Source: Bacteroidales bacterium (GTDB taxonomy: Bacteria; Bacteroidota; Bacteroidia; Bacteroidales; JAADGE01). Taken from it: a DNA stretch of 64,000 bases. Shown here piece by piece: positions 19,436 to 29,998 of the stretch. The notes beneath the pieces are model-generated. The model had not been told where the DNA came from, made no database searches, and worked only from the letters and a program-made list of their open reading frames with translations. The position numbers and the translations under genes are program-made. The DNA lies in the NCBI GenBank assembly GCA_021648725.1, contig JAKISF010000002.1:32002-96001 (forward strand), written 5' to 3'. Positions within the stretch are counted from its first letter, which is position 1, and every line of letters begins with the position of its first letter.

Positions 19436-20938
19436 TTAACCTTTTTTTGCAGACAATAGTCTCAGGTACAGCTTTTCTTTTAAAACAACGAAAATTATAA
19501 AGCTCAAAATAAAACCTGTGTTTACTAAATACTTAACAGAGCCTTTAAATTCAAAAAATAAACTTCCGGCGTAGATTGCTCCGGCAAACAGTACATAAAT
19601 AAATATATCTTTTAAGGGGTAGTTTATTCTGTAATATTTTCTTCCTAAGAAATATGAAATAATCATCATTGCCAAATAGCAAGAAAAATGAGCCCATGCC
19701 GAACCGAGATAACCGAAAACAGGAATTAACACCGTGTTTACGCCAATGGTTATTAATGCCCCTACTCCTGCGATGTATGCTCCGTATTTAGTTTTATCGG
19801 TAAGCTTAAACCAAACAGATAAATTATATACAACACCCAAAAACAAATTGGCAACCAGCAAAATCGGTATAATATCCAAGCCCACCCAATAACTTTCATT
19901 GCTGATGAAATATTTAACAATATCAATATAAAGCATTATGCTTAAGAAGATAAATAATCCGAAAATCACAAAATATTTCATTACTGCAGCATAAACTTTT
20001 TTTGCATTTTCTTTTTTCTCTTGGCTGAAAAAGAATGGTTCCGCAGCATATCTGAAAGCTTGAATAAACAAAATAACCAAAACAGACAATTTATAGTTTG
20101 CTCCGTATATTCCTATTTGCGACATAACATATTCATGAGCGTTTTCAATTCCTTCGGGAATAACAATTAGGTATTTTAATAAAATCCTGTCGATTACTTC
20201 ATTAATCATTCCCGCCAAACCTGCGAACAACAAAGGGAAGCCGTAAAACAAAAGTTGTTTTAATAACTTTTTTGAAAAAATAAGTTTAGCTTTTAAAAAA
20301 TCAGGTAAAAATAATAACAGCGTAACGGAAGATGCAATTAAATTAGAAATGAAAATATATCCTATACCTATGTTCTTCGAATAAAAGCCGGAAATAAAAG
20401 AATCGGGATTGTTTTCTGATAAAATAGGACATAACAGTAAGAAAAATAAATTTAACCCTATGTTTAACCCTATATTTATAAATTTAAAGGTTACAAATTT
20501 AATTGCTTTATTTTCCCGTCTTAATTTAGCAAACGGAATTGCAGTTATTGAATCAAGCCCGATAATAAAAGCAAACCAAACGATATATTCAACATTATCA
20601 GGGTATTGCAAGGTGTCAGCAATAGATTTTGAAAACAAAATTACAACTGCAATAAAAAGACTTGAAGTAAAAAGAATAGGTGAAACAGCTGTTGAAAAAA
20701 CTTTTGAGGGGTTGTCGTGTTTTTCGGAAAACCTGAAGTATGCAGTTTCCATTCCGTATGTTAAAAAAACCATTAAAAATCCGGCATAGGCAAATAATTC
20801 TGTAACAATCCCGTATTCAGACGTTACAAACAGGCTTGTGTATAACGGAACCAGAAGGTAATTTAAAAACCTTCCGACAATACTGCTTAAACCGTAAACA
20901 GCTGTTTGTCCTATCAGTTTTTTTATCGGACTTGCCAT
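19436..20938 (-). CDS. oligosaccharide/polysaccharide flippase (MOP/Wzx family)
   Basis: 500 aa with ~12-14 TM helices. The N-terminus (LIGQTAVYGLSSIVGRFLNYLLVPLYT) is typical of Bacteroidota polysaccharide biosynthesis flippases. Confidence 0.75.
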   Translation of the reverse strand: MASPIKKLIGQTAVYGLSSIVGRFLNYLLVPLYTSLFVTSEYGIVTELFAYAGFLMVFLTYGMETAYFRFSEKHDNPSKVFSTAVSPILFTSSLFIAVVILFSKSIADTLQYPDNVEYIVWFAFIIGLDSITAIPFAKLRRENKAIKFVTFKFINIGLNIGLNLFFLLLCPILSENNPDSFISGFYSKNIGIGYIFISNLIASSVTLLLFLPDFLKAKLIFSKKLLKQLLFYGFPLLFAGLAGMINEVIDRILLKYLIVIPEGIENAHEYVMSQIGIYGANYKLSVLVILFIQAFRYAAEPFFFSQEKKENAKKVYAAVMKYFVIFGLFIFLSIMLYIDIVKYFISNESYWVGLDIIPILLVANLFLGVVYNLSVWFKLTDKTKYGAYIAGVGALITIGVNTVLIPVFGYLGSAWAHFSCYLAMMIISYFLGRKYYRINYPLKDIFIYVLFAGAIYAGSLFFEFKGSVKYLVNTGFILSFIIFVVLKEKLYLRLLSAKKG

Positions 20939-21032
20939 AAATGTAAAATTTTGCCAAAATTAATATTATCCTAAAAAAACTCTCTGATAAAAGAGAGTTT
21001 TTGTTTTTTAATTTTTTGGTCTGTTCATTTTA

Positions 21033-22007
21033 TTACTTTTTTCTGGTAGTAATATATTCAACCAAATCCGATAATGCTTTTTTTGCTTCTGATTCCGGAA
21101 AAGTTATTAACTTACCAAGAGCCATATTTTTATATTCATTCATTTTTTCTTCCGTATATTCTAATCCTCCTTTTGATTTAACGAAATTCATTACAATTTC
21201 AACCTTTTCTTTGTTTGAATTATGCTTTTGAATTATTCTCAGGATATGTCTTTTTTCTGACTTTTCAGCTTTGCTTAACGCAAAAATAAGCGGCAGTGTT
21301 ATTTTTTTTTCTTGAATATCATTCCCGGTAGGTTTTCCGGTAAGGTTTGTTTTTTGATAGTCAAATAAATCATCTTTAATTTGAAATGCAATACCTGCAT
21401 ATTTCCCGAATTCTTTTAAATGTTGCATTTCATCATCATTTGCACCTGCTGATTTTGCACCCGCTGCACTGCAAGAAGCAATTAAGGTTGCCGTTTTTTT
21501 GTAAATAATCTCAAAATATGTTTCTTCGGTAATATCTAATTTTCTCGATTTTTCGATTTGTAAAAGCTCTCCTTCCGCCATTTCTTTCACTGCCTCGGAA
21601 ACAATTTCCAAAAGCTTATATTCTTTATTGTTAACGGCAAGCAATAATCCTTTCGAAAGCAAGAAATCACCGGTAAGAACTGCAATTTTTGATTTCCATA
21701 AAGCATTTATTGAGAAAAAACCACGTCGTTTATCAGCATCATCAACCACATCATCATGTATAAGAGTAGCAGTATGCATCAATTCAATTAAAGTTGCTGC
21801 GGTATAAGTGCTTTTTTTGATGTCTCCGAATAGTTTTGCTGCCAAAAACACAAACATAGGTCTCATTTGTTTTCCTTTTCGTCTGATAATGTAGTTCATA
21901 ACAATATCAAGCAAAGGAACTTTACTTTTTACGGCTTTTTTAAAGAAACCGTCAAATTCTTTCATTTCTTCCCCGATAAGAGCCTTTATTTCTTTAATTT
22001 TTGACAT
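21033..22007 (-). CDS. polyprenyl diphosphate synthase (long-chain, IspB-like)
   Basis: First aspartate-rich motif LIHDDVVDDADKRRG and second motif FQIKDDLFDY. Confidence 0.9.
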   Translation of the reverse strand: MSKIKEIKALIGEEMKEFDGFFKKAVKSKVPLLDIVMNYIIRRKGKQMRPMFVFLAAKLFGDIKKSTYTAATLIELMHTATLIHDDVVDDADKRRGFFSINALWKSKIAVLTGDFLLSKGLLLAVNNKEYKLLEIVSEAVKEMAEGELLQIEKSRKLDITEETYFEIIYKKTATLIASCSAAGAKSAGANDDEMQHLKEFGKYAGIAFQIKDDLFDYQKTNLTGKPTGNDIQEKKITLPLIFALSKAEKSEKRHILRIIQKHNSNKEKVEIVMNFVKSKGGLEYTEEKMNEYKNMALGKLITFPESEAKKALSDLVEYITTRKK

Positions 22008-22012
22008 TAAAA

Positions 22013-22762
22013 TTATTTAAACAACATAAAACGACCTCTTCCGCATGAAGCATCTCCCCAGAAAGCAAAGAAATAATTAACCTCTAAAATTATTTGAACT
22101 GATGCCGGATTTGTCGGATAGCTTTTTGCATAGTTCGGAAAATAATAACCGTCACCCGTAACATTATATGCTGCATTTGGTGTAATATCAGTAAAAGAAT
22201 AAGATAATCTTGCTCCCAAATTAACATCAAGTCGTTCGTTACTGTATAAGCCGGCACCGAAACCTAAAACAATACTTGTAAATTTAGGCTCATAATTTCC
22301 GATTAAATTAGGTCTGACTATTGCAGATGTTGTTGTATTCGTTTCTTCTATTGATTTTATTGTTGAAAGTTTAGGCCCCACCTCTATGTAAACTCCGGTA
22401 TTCCCCGTATATCTGAAAAACGGCAATATGTCCAATGTTTTCATTGCTAAATCTTTATCATACACTTCATTTGTGTTAATAATTGTGTATTTCTGGTTGT
22501 ATTTTGAAAATAACAAATCAGCCCCGAAACCTATATTGTCTCCTATTGTAAAAGTAAACCTTCCGCCGAATGATTGGCTCATTGAAAAATAGTTTAAATC
22601 AACATTTCCGTCTTCAATAATATCAACATTTAAAAGGACCGAGTTTCCTATTCCGGTTTTTGCCGCTAAGCTGAACCATTTTACTGTTTGTGTTCGTCTT
22701 TGAGAACTTGCTGTGTTTATAAAAAAAACACCTACTAAAAAAAATAATAAAAACTTTTTCAT
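22013..22762 (-). CDS. small outer-membrane beta-barrel protein (PorT/OmpA-barrel-like)
   Basis: Signal peptide, an alternating amphipathic beta-strand pattern, and an aromatic C-terminus region. 249 aa. Confidence 0.6.
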   Translation of the reverse strand: MKKFLLFFLVGVFFINTASSQRRTQTVKWFSLAAKTGIGNSVLLNVDIIEDGNVDLNYFSMSQSFGGRFTFTIGDNIGFGADLLFSKYNQKYTIINTNEVYDKDLAMKTLDILPFFRYTGNTGVYIEVGPKLSTIKSIEETNTTTSAIVRPNLIGNYEPKFTSIVLGFGAGLYSNERLDVNLGARLSYSFTDITPNAAYNVTGDGYYFPNYAKSYPTNPASVQIILEVNYFFAFWGDASCGRGRFMLFK

Positions 22763-22834
22763 TTCAGTCTGTATTTAAATTTAAAAATATAAAAGTAATA
22801 ATTTTTTCGGTTTTTATATTAAATTAAGTTTTAA

Positions 22835-22842
22835 TAGCTTTG
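22835..22842 (+). promoter_or_regulatory. TAnnTTTG -7 box
   Basis: TAGCTTTG lies 22 nt upstream of the ATG at 22865. Confidence 0.35.
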
Positions 22843-22864
22843 GGGCATAAAAAACAAATTAATT

Positions 22865-23920
22865 ATGACAGAATTTTTTGATAAAACATTTTACGGAAAT
22901 ACAATTGCAGAATGGTTAGTTGCATTGTTAATTATTGTAGGAACTTTTGTTTTGGCAAAGGCTCTTTACTGGGTTTCGGGAAATATTATAAAGAAGCTTA
23001 CTAAGAAATCAAAGTCGCAATTAGATGATTTAATTGTAGATAAAATTGAAGAACCGATTATTTTAGCCCTTGTTTTAGGCGGTTTTTGGTTTGGTGTAGC
23101 TTATTTAAACCTCTCGGAAGGATTTGCAGCATTTATGGACAAAGCATTTTATGTTGCAATAACATTTGATGTTTCGTGGTTAATTGTGAGGCTTGTTGAT
23201 GCTATAATAGTTGAATATTTAACACCGCTCGTTAAAAAAACAGACGGAGACTTAGACGACCAACTTCTTCCGATAATAAGAAAAAGTTTAAAAGCTGTTA
23301 TATGGATTGTTGCCATAGTTGTGGGGTTGAATAATGCAGGATATGACGTAGGGGCTTTAATTGCAGGGCTCGGATTAGGAGGTTTGGCATTTGCAATGGC
23401 AGCAAAAGATTCTGTTGCAAATCTTTTCGGAGGAGTTTCGGTTTTTATGGATAAACCGTTTAAAATTAATGACAGAATTCAATTAGACGGGTTTGACGGA
23501 ACAATCACGGACATAGGATTAAGAAGCACAAAATTAAAAACATTAAACGGAAGAATTGTAACAATTCCGAACCATAAATTTACGGGATCATACATTGAAA
23601 ATGTCAGTTCCGAACCCAGCAGAAAAATGGCATTGTCATTAGGTTTAACTTATGATATGACAGCAGACGATATTCAAAGAGGAATTGAGATTCTTAAAGA
23701 AATTGATAAGAATAGTAAATATACGGAAGACGAATGTGTTGCCATTTTTGAAACATTCGGAGATTTTTCTTTAAATATTACTTATATATATTACATAAAA
23801 CCGGGAGAAGACATTTGGGCGGCAATCAATGATACAAATTTTGAGATTTTAAGGAAATTCAATGAAGCAAAATTAGGCTTTGCATTTCCCACACAAACTA
23901 TTATTACTCAAAATAATTGA
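22865..23920 (+). CDS. mechanosensitive ion channel (MscS family)
   Basis: TM helices are followed by the conserved pore-lining/beta domain: GLGGLAFAMAAKDSVANLFGG, PFKINDRI...G.I.DIGLRSTKL...G..V.IPN. Confidence 0.88.
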   Translation: MTEFFDKTFYGNTIAEWLVALLIIVGTFVLAKALYWVSGNIIKKLTKKSKSQLDDLIVDKIEEPIILALVLGGFWFGVAYLNLSEGFAAFMDKAFYVAITFDVSWLIVRLVDAIIVEYLTPLVKKTDGDLDDQLLPIIRKSLKAVIWIVAIVVGLNNAGYDVGALIAGLGLGGLAFAMAAKDSVANLFGGVSVFMDKPFKINDRIQLDGFDGTITDIGLRSTKLKTLNGRIVTIPNHKFTGSYIENVSSEPSRKMALSLGLTYDMTADDIQRGIEILKEIDKNSKYTEDECVAIFETFGDFSLNITYIYYIKPGEDIWAAINDTNFEILRKFNEAKLGFAFPTQTIITQNN

Positions 23921-23951
23921 ACTTAGTTGACGAAAAATATAGAAAACATTT

Positions 23952-24875
23952 ATGAAAAATCCTTTTTTTGAACAAACAAGTGCTCCGCTAAAGATTATTT
24001 TTTTTATGTTTATTATTGTGGGGTCTTTTTTTGTGCTTTTATTTTTAGGTACTGTTATTTCAATTCTTGTTTTTCAAATTGACTTTTCAAATTTTGCTTC
24101 TTCTTTTGATTTTTCAAATCCCGGTAATATTTCTTTTATAAAGTTTATGCAGGCGGTTCAGCACTTGGGGATATTTGTATTGCCTCCGATTATTGCTGCA
24201 TATTTATTTTCTAAAAAACCTAAAACTTATTTAAGTGCCGATAAAAGCAGTTCGGCATTTTTATTTTTGGTTACTTTTTTAATTGTTCTTTTTATTATTC
24301 CGATAAGCGGCTATTTAGGGAGTTTAAACTCTCAAATGTCTTTGCCTGAAAGCTTAGCCGGCTTAGAAGAAAAGATGAGATTAGCCGAAAAAAGTGCTGA
24401 AATTGCAACTTCTGCATTTTTAGATGTTTCGACAATAGGCGGTTTGCTGGTAAATTTATTTGTTATAGCTGTTTTACCTGCCGTAGGAGAAGAGTTCTTT
24501 TTTCGGGGAATTTTGCAGAAATTATTTAAAGATTGGACTAAAAACATTCATGTTTCCGTATTTATTACAGCAATATTGTTTAGTGCAGTTCATATGCAGT
24601 TTTTTACTTTTTTACCAAGATTTATTTTAGGCTTATTGTTCGGATATTTGTTGGTTTGGTCTAAAAATATATGGATCCCCGTTTTTGCACATTTTGTTAA
24701 TAATGCAATTTCTGTATTAGTTTATTTTTTTACCGAAAGTGCCGAAAAAGTTGAACAAACGGAAGATGCCATAGCACAACCGACGGCTTTATTCATGACG
24801 TTTGCTTTATTCGGGATATTTTTATTTCTGTTTTACAGAAGGACACATAAAAAAGTGCCTAATCCGGAATTATGA
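23952..24875 (+). CDS. CPBP family intramembrane glutamic endopeptidase (CAAX protease-like)
   Basis: EEFFFRG motif, FSAVHM and HFVNN motifs, polytopic membrane protein. Confidence 0.85.
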   Translation: MKNPFFEQTSAPLKIIFFMFIIVGSFFVLLFLGTVISILVFQIDFSNFASSFDFSNPGNISFIKFMQAVQHLGIFVLPPIIAAYLFSKKPKTYLSADKSSSAFLFLVTFLIVLFIIPISGYLGSLNSQMSLPESLAGLEEKMRLAEKSAEIATSAFLDVSTIGGLLVNLFVIAVLPAVGEEFFFRGILQKLFKDWTKNIHVSVFITAILFSAVHMQFFTFLPRFILGLLFGYLLVWSKNIWIPVFAHFVNNAISVLVYFFTESAEKVEQTEDAIAQPTALFMTFALFGIFLFLFYRRTHKKVPNPEL

Positions 24876-24911
24876 CTGTTCGTTTTAATGCTTAACTTTA
24901 TGAAATTATAT

Positions 24912-24919
24912 TAATTTTG
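24912..24919 (+). promoter_or_regulatory. TAnnTTTG -7 box
   Basis: TAATTTTG lies 31 nt upstream of the ATG at 24951. Confidence 0.35.
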
Positions 24920-24950
24920 ATACCTTGATTTTACAAATAAATATAACCAG

Positions 24951-26069
24951 ATGCCAAAAACAGCTTTCATTACAGGAATTACAGGGCAAGACGGAGCATA
25001 TCTTGCAGAATTTTTATTGAAAAAAGGATACATTGTCCACGGTTTAAAAAGAAGAAGTTCTTTGTTCAATACGGACAGAATAGACCATTTATATCTTGAC
25101 CCGCATGTTGAAAATCGTAAATTTATTCTGCATTACGGAGATTTAACAGACTCAACAAATCTTATTCGGATTATTCAAGAGGTTCAACCGGATGAAATCT
25201 ATAACTTGGCAGCTATGAGCCATGTTAAAGTCAGTTTTGAAACCCCGGAATATACTGCTAATGCCGACGGAATCGGAACCCTAAGAATTTTAGAGGCCGT
25301 AAGACTATTAAACCTGACTAAAAAAACTAAAATATATCAAGCCTCAACAAGTGAATTGTTCGGACTTGTTCAAGAAGTTCCTCAAAAAGAAACTACGCCT
25401 TTCTATCCTCGAAGTCCATACGGTGTTGCAAAAATGTATGCTTACTGGATAACGGTAAATTATCGAGAAGCTTATAATATGTTTGCTTGTAACGGCATTT
25501 TATTTAATCATGAATCTCCAATCAGAGGAGAAACCTTTGTAACCAGAAAAATTACAAGAGCAACATCCAAAATTGCATTGGGCTTGCAGGAAGTTCTTTA
25601 TGTCGGGAATCTTTCGGCAAAACGAGACTGGGGGCATGCAAAAGACTATGTAAAAGCCATGTACCTGATGATGCAACAAGACAAACCGGAAGATTTTGTA
25701 ATAGCAACCGGAAAAACTACATCCGTTCGAGATATGATTAAAATGGCCTTCAAAGAAGTCGGTGCAGAACTGGAGTTTAAAAATCAAGGTCAGGATGAAA
25801 TAGGAATTATCAAGTCTGCAACGGGAGAATTTTCCGACAACTTAACAGAAGGAAAAGTTGTAATAAAAGTTGATCCGTCATATTTCCGCCCTACGGAAGT
25901 AGATTTATTAATAGGCGACCCGACAAAAGCAAATACTAAACTCGGGTGGAAACCGGAATATACTCTCGAACAATTAATCACAGAAATGGTTCAAAGCGAC
26001 TTAAAATTGATGAAAAAGGATAAGTTTTTGAAAAATTCCGGGTATGAAATAAAGAATTATTTTGAGTAA
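24951..26069 (+). CDS. gmd: GDP-mannose 4,6-dehydratase
   Basis: [37 protein letters not shown] and LFNHESP are diagnostic. Confidence 0.95.
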   Translation: MPKTAFITGITGQDGAYLAEFLLKKGYIVHGLKRRSSLFNTDRIDHLYLDPHVENRKFILHYGDLTDSTNLIRIIQEVQPDEIYNLAAMSHVKVSFETPEYTANADGIGTLRILEAVRLLNLTKKTKIYQASTSELFGLVQEVPQKETTPFYPRSPYGVAKMYAYWITVNYREAYNMFACNGILFNHESPIRGETFVTRKITRATSKIALGLQEVLYVGNLSAKRDWGHAKDYVKAMYLMMQQDKPEDFVIATGKTTSVRDMIKMAFKEVGAELEFKNQGQDEIGIIKSATGEFSDNLTEGKVVIKVDPSYFRPTEVDLLIGDPTKANTKLGWKPEYTLEQLITEMVQSDLKLMKKDKFLKNSGYEIKNYFE

Positions 26070-26079
26070 AACACAAACA

Positions 26080-27006
26080 TCAGCGATTTTTAAGACGAGT
26101 AAAAAGAGAAAAAATAAAACCGAGATTATTCCGGGAATAGTTCTGATATGTGTGCTTTATGCTTCCAAAACCACTATTAAAATCTGCGATTCCTTTAATA
26201 TTCGACCCGGCAAAATCTAAAACAAGATCTGTTCCTGCATAATTTTTAAGAAATAAATCAACTAATAAATACCCGACCTTATTTTTTCGACCCGTTTCGT
26301 TTATTGCAGAAAAGATAACAGCTCTTTTATATTTTATTATAAAGCCGGCTGAACCACAAATATTTCCGCTTTTATCATAAGCATTATACAAAATAAAGCA
26401 GTCATTTTTTTGAGCGAAACTTAAAACATCTCGCATTCTTTCAAATAGGTAATTCGGAATTTTGTTGCCCGTAAGCTGTTTTTTTAAAAAAATAAGTCCG
26501 GAAATGTTTTGTTCTTTTTTCACGGCAATATTTTTTTTATAACTCCTGTTAACGTTTTTTCTGTGGTTTTTTGAATAGCTCTTTTTGAGTTCGTTATACT
26601 GTTTTTTAAGTTGGAGTTCGTAAGTTATGTTTTCTGTATGTGTGAAGTTTGGAACTTCAATAATTTCAAAAGAGTTTTGCTTAATGTTAATTACCTTAAA
26701 TTTAGGCGGAATTTTTGAGAAAAACTTGTTTAACAGATCAAAGTCAATTTCTTTTTCAGAAAAAACACCCAGCCTGGCAGAAAAAAAAGGATTATAAATA
26801 TAGTTTATAAAAAACTTTCTTTTATGTATTATAGGCATTACAGATATATAATCATTTTCAACTATGGCGTCCCATCCCGGGCATAGCCTGTCTAAGTACC
26901 AAGAAAGGGCATAAACAATTCTGTTTTTTGAAACACTGATACAATTATCCCATTTCTTTTTATCAATATTTTTGTGTTTTATATATCTCAAAATATCCGT
27001 TGTCAA
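26080..27006 (-). CDS. hypothetical protein, possibly a FemAB/GNAT-fold acyl- or aminoacyl-transferase
   Basis: 308 aa. The weak call rests only on overall layout and the C-terminal G..LLVD....A.....LDF.G pattern, which resembles GNAT-type (BioF2-like) transferases found in polysaccharide loci. Confidence 0.35.
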   Translation of the reverse strand: MTTDILRYIKHKNIDKKKWDNCISVSKNRIVYALSWYLDRLCPGWDAIVENDYISVMPIIHKRKFFINYIYNPFFSARLGVFSEKEIDFDLLNKFFSKIPPKFKVINIKQNSFEIIEVPNFTHTENITYELQLKKQYNELKKSYSKNHRKNVNRSYKKNIAVKKEQNISGLIFLKKQLTGNKIPNYLFERMRDVLSFAQKNDCFILYNAYDKSGNICGSAGFIIKYKRAVIFSAINETGRKNKVGYLLVDLFLKNYAGTDLVLDFAGSNIKGIADFNSGFGSIKHTYQNYSRNNLGFIFSLFTRLKNR

Positions 27007-27027
27007 TAGTAGTATTATTCTGGTATT

Positions 27028-27561
27028 TTAACTTTTATATGCCCCGAGTTTCTTCAAAACTTTTGCAGGATTTCCTCCTATAAGTTGATTGTTTTCAGGA
27101 AAAGATTTTGTTACAACAGAACCGGCTGCAACAATCGTGTGTTCTCCAAGTTCAACTCCGGGCAAAATTATACTGTTTGCCAGAAGTAAAGAGTTTTTTC
27201 TGATAATTATAGGCATTCCCGGCATATAATCGTTATAATTATCGGGCGAGTGATTCTTGCTTATAATATATACTCCCGGACCTATCCAAACATTTTCTTC
27301 TATAATAATTCCGTTTCTTCCGTCAATATAGCAATTAACAGCTCCGCCGGGGTTCTTTTCCGTATTTTTTTTTATTTTTTTGTGGCAAATAATTTGAGAA
27401 GTAAAATGTACAGGCCAAGGAACCTTTCTGTTTATTCCTATTATTTTTTGCATAATAAACAAAATTGTCAACTTTTTAACAGAGTAATAAACAGACAAAT
27501 CCATTTGTTTGTAAAACAAGCGGAAAAATTTCAGAACCAATAATTTAAAAAAACTTTTCAT
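27028..27561 (-). CDS. hexapeptide-repeat (left-handed beta-helix) acyl/acetyltransferase
   Basis: The C-terminal half shows hexapeptide periodicity (VWIGPGVYIISKN ... ANSIILPGVELGEHTIVAAGSVVTKSF). Confidence 0.75.
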   Translation of the reverse strand: MKSFFKLLVLKFFRLFYKQMDLSVYYSVKKLTILFIMQKIIGINRKVPWPVHFTSQIICHKKIKKNTEKNPGGAVNCYIDGRNGIIIEENVWIGPGVYIISKNHSPDNYNDYMPGMPIIIRKNSLLLANSIILPGVELGEHTIVAAGSVVTKSFPENNQLIGGNPAKVLKKLGAYKS

Positions 27562-27570
27562 CTGATGTAT

Positions 27571-28929
27571 TTATATTTTAAAACGGTGTTTTTTTAAAAC
27601 AAGATAACCGATAATCCCCAAAACAATATACAAAGATGCTCCGAAAAATGAAAAATAAGTCAATAAAATAATAAGTTTTTGTCCTTTGCATAAAATAAAA
27701 ATTAAAATAGCCGTCCCTAAAAAAACAATTTGCCAAATTAAAAGAATTTGTTGAAGTTTAAGAAATGAAAAAACACTGCTTACATTTCTTGTTGCAAATC
27801 CGGCAACTGCAATTGGTATAAGAGCTTGTGCAATATTGCCCGAAAAAGCCCAATTTTCTCCCAAAACAAAACCAAAAAGCTCTCTTCCCCAAATCAACAC
27901 CGGAAACAGAATTAATAAAGCTGAAAGAAAAGAAATTAAATATGAATAAAAATATAAGCGAAGCTTGTTTTTTGTGGTTGTAATTTTTTGATAAAAAACC
28001 GTTGTAAAAGAACTGCTTATAAAGTTAAGCGGGTAATTTATGACTTTACTTGCCTGTAAATACAGCCCGACAATTGTTGTGTTGAACAGAAATGTAAGAA
28101 CATATATAAGAATGTCAACAGAAATAGAGTTTAGGAATGCCATAGGCATTGAAAAAATCGGAAAATTCTTATTTTCTTTTATTTCTTTTTTTAAAGTTGC
28201 TTTATTAATAACTAAATTTTTTAATGGATTAAGCCTTCTGTTTTTTAAGAATAACAGAAAAACAGAAGAAAACTGTCCGATAATTTCCCCCGCAATAAGA
28301 CCAAACTCTTTTAATATAAAAAACCCAAAGCCTATTTTTGAGGATACAGATGTGCTGTTTTTTGCAATATAGGAAAAGGCAATACTTTTAAATTCTTTTT
28401 TTCGACTGAACCAGTTGTAAAAAATTTTATATGTTCCCAGAAAAAAAACAGACAGCGGAACAAAATACAAAACAGACTTGTAACCTTCGGTGTTCAGCAA
28501 ACCGGAAATTTGTTCATTGAAGATTAAAACAAAAAAAAGGCTTAAAACAGAAGTAACTACAACCAAACCAAAACTTAAAGCAAAAAGGTGTAACGCTCGG
28601 GTATCTTCTTTCGGCAACATTATTGCTAACTCAAAGCGACCGGAAGATATTGACGCAATAACTGATGAAAGACTAAAAAATACTCCGAATATTCCAAATT
28701 CCTCCGGAGTATATATTCTTGTTAATATCGGTATTGCCAGAATACTGATTATTTGGGCAATTGCTGTTCCCGACATTAATGTTAGAAGGCTTTTCGCAAA
28801 ATCTTTTTTAATTACCTTTTTTAAATTAAAACTGATCAATTTCTTTGTTTTAGGAATAAGTTTATCTTCGTCTCCGAAAAGAAACAATAAACTTGTTAAT
28901 TTTTTTCGCTGTTTTTCTTGCAAAAACAC
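27571..28929 (-). CDS. oligosaccharide flippase (Wzx/MOP family)
   Basis: 452 aa, polytopic. The N-terminal LMSGTAIAQIISILAIPILTRIYTPEEFG motif is typical of O-antigen/EPS flippases. Confidence 0.8.
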   Translation of the reverse strand: MFLQEKQRKKLTSLLFLFGDEDKLIPKTKKLISFNLKKVIKKDFAKSLLTLMSGTAIAQIISILAIPILTRIYTPEEFGIFGVFFSLSSVIASISSGRFELAIMLPKEDTRALHLFALSFGLVVVTSVLSLFFVLIFNEQISGLLNTEGYKSVLYFVPLSVFFLGTYKIFYNWFSRKKEFKSIAFSYIAKNSTSVSSKIGFGFFILKEFGLIAGEIIGQFSSVFLLFLKNRRLNPLKNLVINKATLKKEIKENKNFPIFSMPMAFLNSISVDILIYVLTFLFNTTIVGLYLQASKVINYPLNFISSSFTTVFYQKITTTKNKLRLYFYSYLISFLSALLILFPVLIWGRELFGFVLGENWAFSGNIAQALIPIAVAGFATRNVSSVFSFLKLQQILLIWQIVFLGTAILIFILCKGQKLIILLTYFSFFGASLYIVLGIIGYLVLKKHRFKI

Positions 28930-28973
28930 AACAACCGTCTTTTATATCAATATCCTCTATGCTTCAATTTTCA

Positions 28974-29852
28974 TTATCTTGTGAAATCTATATTGTATGT
29001 TTTTTTTAAGTTTAAAATATCCTCTTCTAACATTTTGTATGCAAACGAATATTCCTCGTCATTTATTTTATTATATTCTTTAGCCTGCTTGTTCATGTCT
29101 GCAATTTTTTTTACTGTCCCGGTTTTAATGAGAAAACGATTAATAAAGGAAGGAATAATTTTCTTTAAAAAAAGTCTTGTCGGATTATTTCTGTTAACTA
29201 AAAACTGTTGAAGCTTTTTTGAGCGAACTTTAAAGGCTTTATTTTTAATATTGTCGTTTATATTTAGATTTTTATATTCTATGTTAAAGAAACCGGATAT
29301 TTGCCTGAGAACAAACGGAATATTATCTTTTAAATCAGACGTTTTTAATAAAAGAAAGTTTTCTTTCGGAAAAAATTGCATCCAATATTGAAGCCCGGAA
29401 TAATACTTACTTCGTAAAATATTACACATATTGTTTTTCTGTACAATATCATCAGAATTTTCAAACTCTTTTTCTTGCTGACAAGCATCAATAAAACTAA
29501 TGTTTTTATTTATGTAACCGTTTCTGACAGAGTAATTATAACCTGAAAATGCACGTAAAACAGGATCTCGCAGAACCAATACAATCTTCATATTCGGATT
29601 ATATTGTTTTGTTTTTTCTGGGGCATTTTTATCAATTAAAAGATATGTGTCTGCAGTAATTTTACATCTTCCGTCATTTTTAAAAAACGAATTAAGGTAT
29701 GTGTCTCCTTTTTGAAATAGATCTTCAAACGCAAAAAAGTGAACTTCTTTTTCTTTGGAGAAATCAATTGAAGGATGCACATCCATATATGATGCAAGTG
29801 TTGTTGTGCCTGCTCTGGCAGCTCCGATTATTATACCTTCAACTTTTTTCAT
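28974..29852 (-). CDS. PAPS-dependent sulfotransferase
   Basis: 5'-phosphosulfate binding loop IIGAARAGTTTL at the N-terminus and a 3'-phosphate motif LRDPVLRAFSGYNY. Confidence 0.8.
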   Translation of the reverse strand: MKKVEGIIIGAARAGTTTLASYMDVHPSIDFSKEKEVHFFAFEDLFQKGDTYLNSFFKNDGRCKITADTYLLIDKNAPEKTKQYNPNMKIVLVLRDPVLRAFSGYNYSVRNGYINKNISFIDACQQEKEFENSDDIVQKNNMCNILRSKYYSGLQYWMQFFPKENFLLLKTSDLKDNIPFVLRQISGFFNIEYKNLNINDNIKNKAFKVRSKKLQQFLVNRNNPTRLFLKKIIPSFINRFLIKTGTVKKIADMNKQAKEYNKINDEEYSFAYKMLEEDILNLKKTYNIDFTR

Positions 29853-29998
29853 TTTGTATTGCCAAAAATAAAAAACAATTTTTCTTTTTCAACGACTTAT
29901 ATTGATATTATTCAGAAATCAAAAAAAGAATATATACAATATGCTAACTTTTTGTTAATTTTACAAAATTATCTTTTTAATAAAGAGGCTTTGTTAAA

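Noticed and set aside
21001-21231. A plus-strand 76-aa ORF between the flippase and polyprenyl synthase genes.
   Set aside because: It starts at TTG, overlaps the 3' end of the well-supported minus-strand polyprenyl synthase gene, and is Phe/Ser-rich low complexity.
28040-29211. Plus-strand ORFs (28040-28372, 28490-28984, 28918-29211) antisense to the flippase and sulfotransferase genes.
   Set aside because: These are the antisense of AT-rich membrane-protein genes. Their Lys/Phe/Ile-rich translations are the expected mirror image, and there is no independent support.
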